Shown here: positions 59,980 to 64,000 of the stretch, piece by piece | Layout of the letters: each line of letters begins with the position of its first letter | Position numbering within the stretch: position 1 is the first letter of the stretch | From: an uncultured Pseudomonadota bacterium | GTDB lineage: Bacteria > Vulcanimicrobiota > Vulcanimicrobiia > Eremiobacterales > Eremiobacteraceae | Direction of reading: 5' to 3' | Assembly: GCA_963736005.1 (NCBI GenBank) | Contig: CAVTNB010000003.1 | Span: forward strand, 416,001-480,000 | Length of the DNA: 64,000 nucleotides | Translations under genes and position numbers: made by a program | Notes under the pieces: model-generated | What the model was told of the DNA's origin: nothing | What the model saw: the letters and a program-made list of their open reading frames with translations, nothing else | The model's database searches: none

Positions 59980-61103
59980 CTAATTGATGATCACGGTGGA
60001 GGTGGTGAAGGAAATGGCTTCGCTACCGGACTGGTCACGAGTGTGGTTACTGGGATCAGAGGCATGAACGACTATGTTACAAGAACCCGGTCCAATGGGC
60101 GTAACCGTGTATTGATCTTGATTGTCTCCGATTGGATTATCTGCAATTGTTGCGATTCCCGAGCAACGATCCGTCTCAGAAAATGAATAGCTGTCGTTTG
60201 TCGCGCCGGTTGCCGTGAATGTCTGTGCGAAGGTTGCACCGGTTGCAGTAAAGTTTAGCGCCGATGGATTTAGGGAGAGCGGTGCCGAGGTGTAAGCAAC
60301 TAGTAGAGTTCCAAGCACGACTGAAGTGGTGCGCTCGTGGCCGTAATGGTATCAGTTGTTGCAGTGCCACCATTGTAGGCGTATGTAACGGCTGCGCCTG
60401 GTGCGCTCACGGATGTGGGATTGATCGTGGCAATGGAAGTCTGCGTGTTCGAGAGATTCACGGTTAGGGAATTCCCGGAAGAATCAATAAAGTTTCCGGG
60501 TCCGAGGATCGTTGCACCGCTTGCGTCCAAACCCGCGACGTTAAGTGCTTGACTCAGTGCTGTCCCCAGGAAAATTGGATTCGTTGCCAAGCTCATCGCA
60601 ATACTGGAGACAACACCATTAACGCTTATATTTATTGTGTTGGCAACTCCAGCGAGTACCAAGTAGTTCACGGTTGCGGCACCGAGTAGATTACCAGTCG
60701 CACCTGAACCTCGGTAGAGCTTCACGGCAAAAGAATCTTCCGCTACGGGTGCATTAACGGTGATCGAGCATGTGACCGGGGGTCCAGGAACGCACCGGGC
60801 GAGGTCGTGGTCAAGTTCTGGACAATCGGAGTGCCACCGTTGATTGATATACTGACCGAGCCGGTTCCGGGAGAGATAAAGAAACGGTGGAACCTCGGTG
60901 TAAAGTCAACTGATGACACTCCTGTGCCCTGGCGGTGCAGGTATACGAAAGTAGAAAGTTACTGGTGACTTTGGACCTGATTGTGAGTGTGTGACCGGCG
61001 CAAGAGCACCGCCCCCGCCACCTCCGCAACCAAACATTATGGCCGCGACAACAATGGCAAGTATGCCGACTACCAGACCTATTCGATGATGAGTCAAAGT
61101 CAT
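59980..61103 (-). pseudogene. Secreted Ser/Thr-rich lipoprotein, frameshifted
   Basis: MFGCGGGGG lipobox start; continuous beta-rich protein (FISPGT.SV.I...CSITVNAP...D.F.V...) split across at least 4 segments. Confidence 0.65.
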
Positions 61104-61760
61104 TTACTTTTTCCCTTTCTTGATCTTGAGTGAATTGCGATACAGAAAAGCAAGGACCTCGGGAGCGCAAGTCCCGTCGAATGTGCGAAGTCTCTTCTCT
61201 TAGGGATTCGTTTAGGAACGGGAACCTCTGGTCGCGAAAACCTCACGAATGCATCCTGCGAACAGGTGAACAACCGCGTGATAGACAGCGGACCAGAACG
61301 TGACGCAGAGTAGAAATCCCGTGAACCAGATCAGTGGTAGCTCGATAGCGTCGAAGATTTTCTGGTGAGTTTTCATGTGACTGCACAAAGCTCGTCGAGG
61401 TACTTAGCGTAGGCCCGGTAGACGTAGCACCGAGCTTCAGACAGACGAAGAAGAAAGCATTCGACCATCCGCTATGGATGTTTTTGTGAGTGACGACCCA
61501 GACACGCGGACCCTGCTCCTCACCTTCAGGAACGATCAAAGCCCATAACTCTGAAGTGTCGCCAACTGTAACGCGCCACAGGGCAATGACTTGCGATGGT
61601 TGTGAAAATTGCACATAGGATAATCTTCTTTCAGACGGAGCGGGCCGAGAATTATTAGTGCTCCAGCCGCTAGTAGTATTGACGGCTAGAAGCGCGGAAC
61701 CCTTGAGTGTCCGTCATACCGGAACAGGAGTAGACGGAGCTGTAGGGGACACAAGGGTCC

Positions 61761-62004
61761 ATGCCCGGATACGCAAGGTTGCCGTAACCTGAGCGCCGAG
61801 ACGTTCTCGGAGGCCCAGAAGCTGCTCATTGAGGCAACCAGGGCAGGCAGGCGGGTAAGTATGAGTGCTATTGTGGAGATTGCAGTGGCCCGCTTTGTGA
61901 AGCGACCTCCGAATGAAGTCGCGACCGCACTCAAGGGCGTAAAAGCCAGAAGATCACCGCCAGCTAAAGAAGCCGCTAAACCAACTTTCAAAAGAGAAAA
62001 TTGA
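61761..62004 (+). pseudogene. Small ribbon-helix-helix-like DNA-binding protein with 5' frameshift
   Basis: Own translation NLSAETFSEAQKLLIEATRAGRRVSMSAIVEIAVARFV...; no in-frame start codon, nearest ATG at 61761 is out of frame. Confidence 0.4.
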
Positions 62005-62005
62005 A

Positions 62006-62419
62006 ATGACCATAAATGTGCCCTTATATGCTTTTGCTCAGGATGGATTCAACGGAAGCATACAGGTCGATACCATAGTTCTGGAATGTCAGTTTGACCA
62101 ACAAGTCATTGCTCCGGTGAACCCAGGTGAAGAAGCCAATCAGATTCCACCGAATCAAACCGGTTACCGAAGAAACGAGCCGATGTGATCCCTCAATTCC
62201 CAATTGCTTCCGTGGAGCTATCCCTTGCCGGTGGCTGTCAATGCCGAGCAGTGTTTCGCAATTTTGTCGGTAACAAATCCACAGAATCAAACCACGAACT
62301 ACAATTTTGTAATGATGGATTACCTAACGATGAATATGAACACGTCCCGAGCGGTCTTTGAAACCCTGGGCATCAATCGACTCCAAGTAACGATCACCAA
62401 GTGGAATCGAGTTTCTTAA
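62006..62419 (+). pseudogene. Hypothetical protein, probably split
   Basis: Two consecutive short ORFs (62006..62188 and 62204..62419) of similar composition. Confidence 0.35.
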
Positions 62420-62815
62420 CGGCTACGAAAAAGAAGAAGTCGCAGCACTCGCCACTGAGTAGCAAAAAGAAAAGCCCCTGAAGATCAGAAGCTCAAGCGA
62501 AGGATTTAGAGTTAGTAGCGGCGGATTCTCTTGTACGAGTCCTTCGATTCCTTCGGTCTGCCTCTCTTTGGGGGCTCCAAACTCAGACCGAGAATCGAGA
62601 GCAGACTAAACCCAGACTGATAATTCTCACCAGAAGCATTGAACCCAATCTGTCGATTTCCCGAGTATGGACCAGCACCGAGGATGATGAGCGCTGACCC
62701 ATTACGCGACTTCCTGACTGATTGCGGATGTGAGCATGGCGCGGATCGACGTAGGACCCACGCCTTACCTGTCTTGGGTGATACGTAGCCGCCTATTTCG
62801 AGCATCTTGGCAATA

Positions 62816-63370
62816 TCACGCAGGGACTTGCCCTGAGCCTTCCATAGCCTTCGCGCGGCCCAAATGCTTCATCGCAGCAGGATCAGGAACGATTGAGTAC
62901 TCTGACGGGTCCATCCAAAGGGGGTCCGAGAGTAGCTTTATGGTGTGCTTGATGAGCCAGCACGTCGCGCACACGCTCAGATGCGGATTTTCTCTCCAGG
63001 CAAACACGTTCACCATGAGGTTCAAAACCATTCGACCTGTTGGTGCGGTGTCCAGTGACTCACCAAGCGAACACAGTGCAACATTGTGGCGGGCAAACAA
63101 CTGCAACAAGAACTGACAATCTGCAATGGATCGAGTTAGACGATCAAGCTTAGTGACGAGCACAGCGGAGACTTCACCAGCACGAACCATTTTGATTAGC
63201 TGATCTATGCTAGGGCGCTTGAGTGAGCTAGCGCTGGCATTGTTCACGATGATGTCACTAAGGACTCGATCCGTTGCCACCGCGTAAGCGGCTAGTTTGT
63301 GCTGCTGCATTTCAACGCTGTTGGGCTGCTCCGAGGTGGAAGTTCGAGCATACCCGAGTACCTTTGCCAT
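62816..63370 (-). pseudogene. Serine resolvase/recombinase, frameshifted after the catalytic domain
   Basis: GYARTST..Q, RP, KLDRLTRS, DT..PTGR; ASERVRDVLAH and RTPFGW continue in other frames. Confidence 0.8.
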
Positions 63371-64000
63371 TGGAAACGCCTCCGTTCAGTGCCTACCTAC
63401 TGAACATTCTACTCCTACCCTACCGAAACCGCAACCTGGCAAAATCCCTTTTTGAGGCTGTTTCCTACCCTGCAGCCTCCGATTCCATGAAGGGGACCCT
63501 TACGTCGATTCTAGCCCGGTTTCCGGCCAATTGTGGGTATTCTGGAGGGGTGGTGCCTGGACACCCTGATTCTTGACCCACCTGGACCGGGCCTGAAAGC
63601 GAGCAGCGGAGCGCGAGCGGTAGCTCGGAGAAGCCTTATGGTGCCCAGGTTGGAATCCTAAGAGTGCCGATACCTTACTTTTAGTAAGTTCTTTTTGGCC
63701 CCCTTAGCTGGGTCGGCAACGTAAGCAATTTTAGCGAGCGATGAGGTGGTCCATTGAAGACGGTCGATCCTGAGGCTTCCCTACCCTCACCGCAGCACGA
63801 TCCAAGTACGCGGGGTATCTAACCATCCAAAGCGTGATCGAACACCCCATAATGGTCAGTCTGTTCACTCCTGGTCAGAACTGCACACTGCCGTATACTG
63901 GCCGGTATTTTCAAAGTCTCTATCCATGCGGGTTTGCGGGCGAAATCCTTGCCTGATCCATCCTCGCTCCTTGGCAGGGGGAACTCTTGCGGCACCGTCC

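Larger units (their letters stand above)
56236..64000. mobile_element. Integrative element / genomic island; right end lies outside the window
   Basis: Abrupt visible GC drop, large serine recombinase at the junction, second resolvase, HNH-type gene, no REPs, truncated host gene. Confidence 0.8.

Noticed and set aside
61243..61614. 123-aa minus-strand ORF in the island
   Set aside because: No recognisable motif, and local frameshifting makes the frame unreliable
63400..64000. Possible origin or ncRNA at the window end
   Set aside because: No iterons or convincing structure could be identified by eye

Overview
A GC-rich bacterial chromosomal window. The gene repertoire suggests Candidatus Eremiobacterota or a similar soil diderm, but this is inference only. 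Positions 1 to about 56235 are host backbone. They carry ndh, an MBL-cupin fusion, a two-component pair, a broken SWIM-SNF2 gene, a PLP decarboxylase, a ROK kinase, tRNA-Leu(GAG), opp/dpp permeases, acnA, a frameshifted icd, an ECF sigma/anti-sigma pair, pruA, aqpZ, moeB, solA, ada and lutABC. They also carry a gamma-Glu-Cys ligase / EgtB-like / ATP-grasp cluster and a large putative Zur (zinc) regulon. The most striking system lies at 41720-48026. Two divergent membrane-protein ORFs both end in LANRPPP, a RAPP-like ribosome-arrest motif. In both, the 3' codons are complementary to the Shine-Dalgarno of a TonB-dependent receptor gene just downstream. A perfect 23-bp Fur/Zur-type palindrome sits between the two ORFs and recurs identically at the znuA start. 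Four families of GTAG-footed REP palindromes occupy intergenic spaces and supply several stop codons. From about 56236 to the end is a lower-GC, heavily frameshifted integrative element (two serine recombinases, an HNH-type nuclease) that appears to interrupt a lytic transglycosylase gene.
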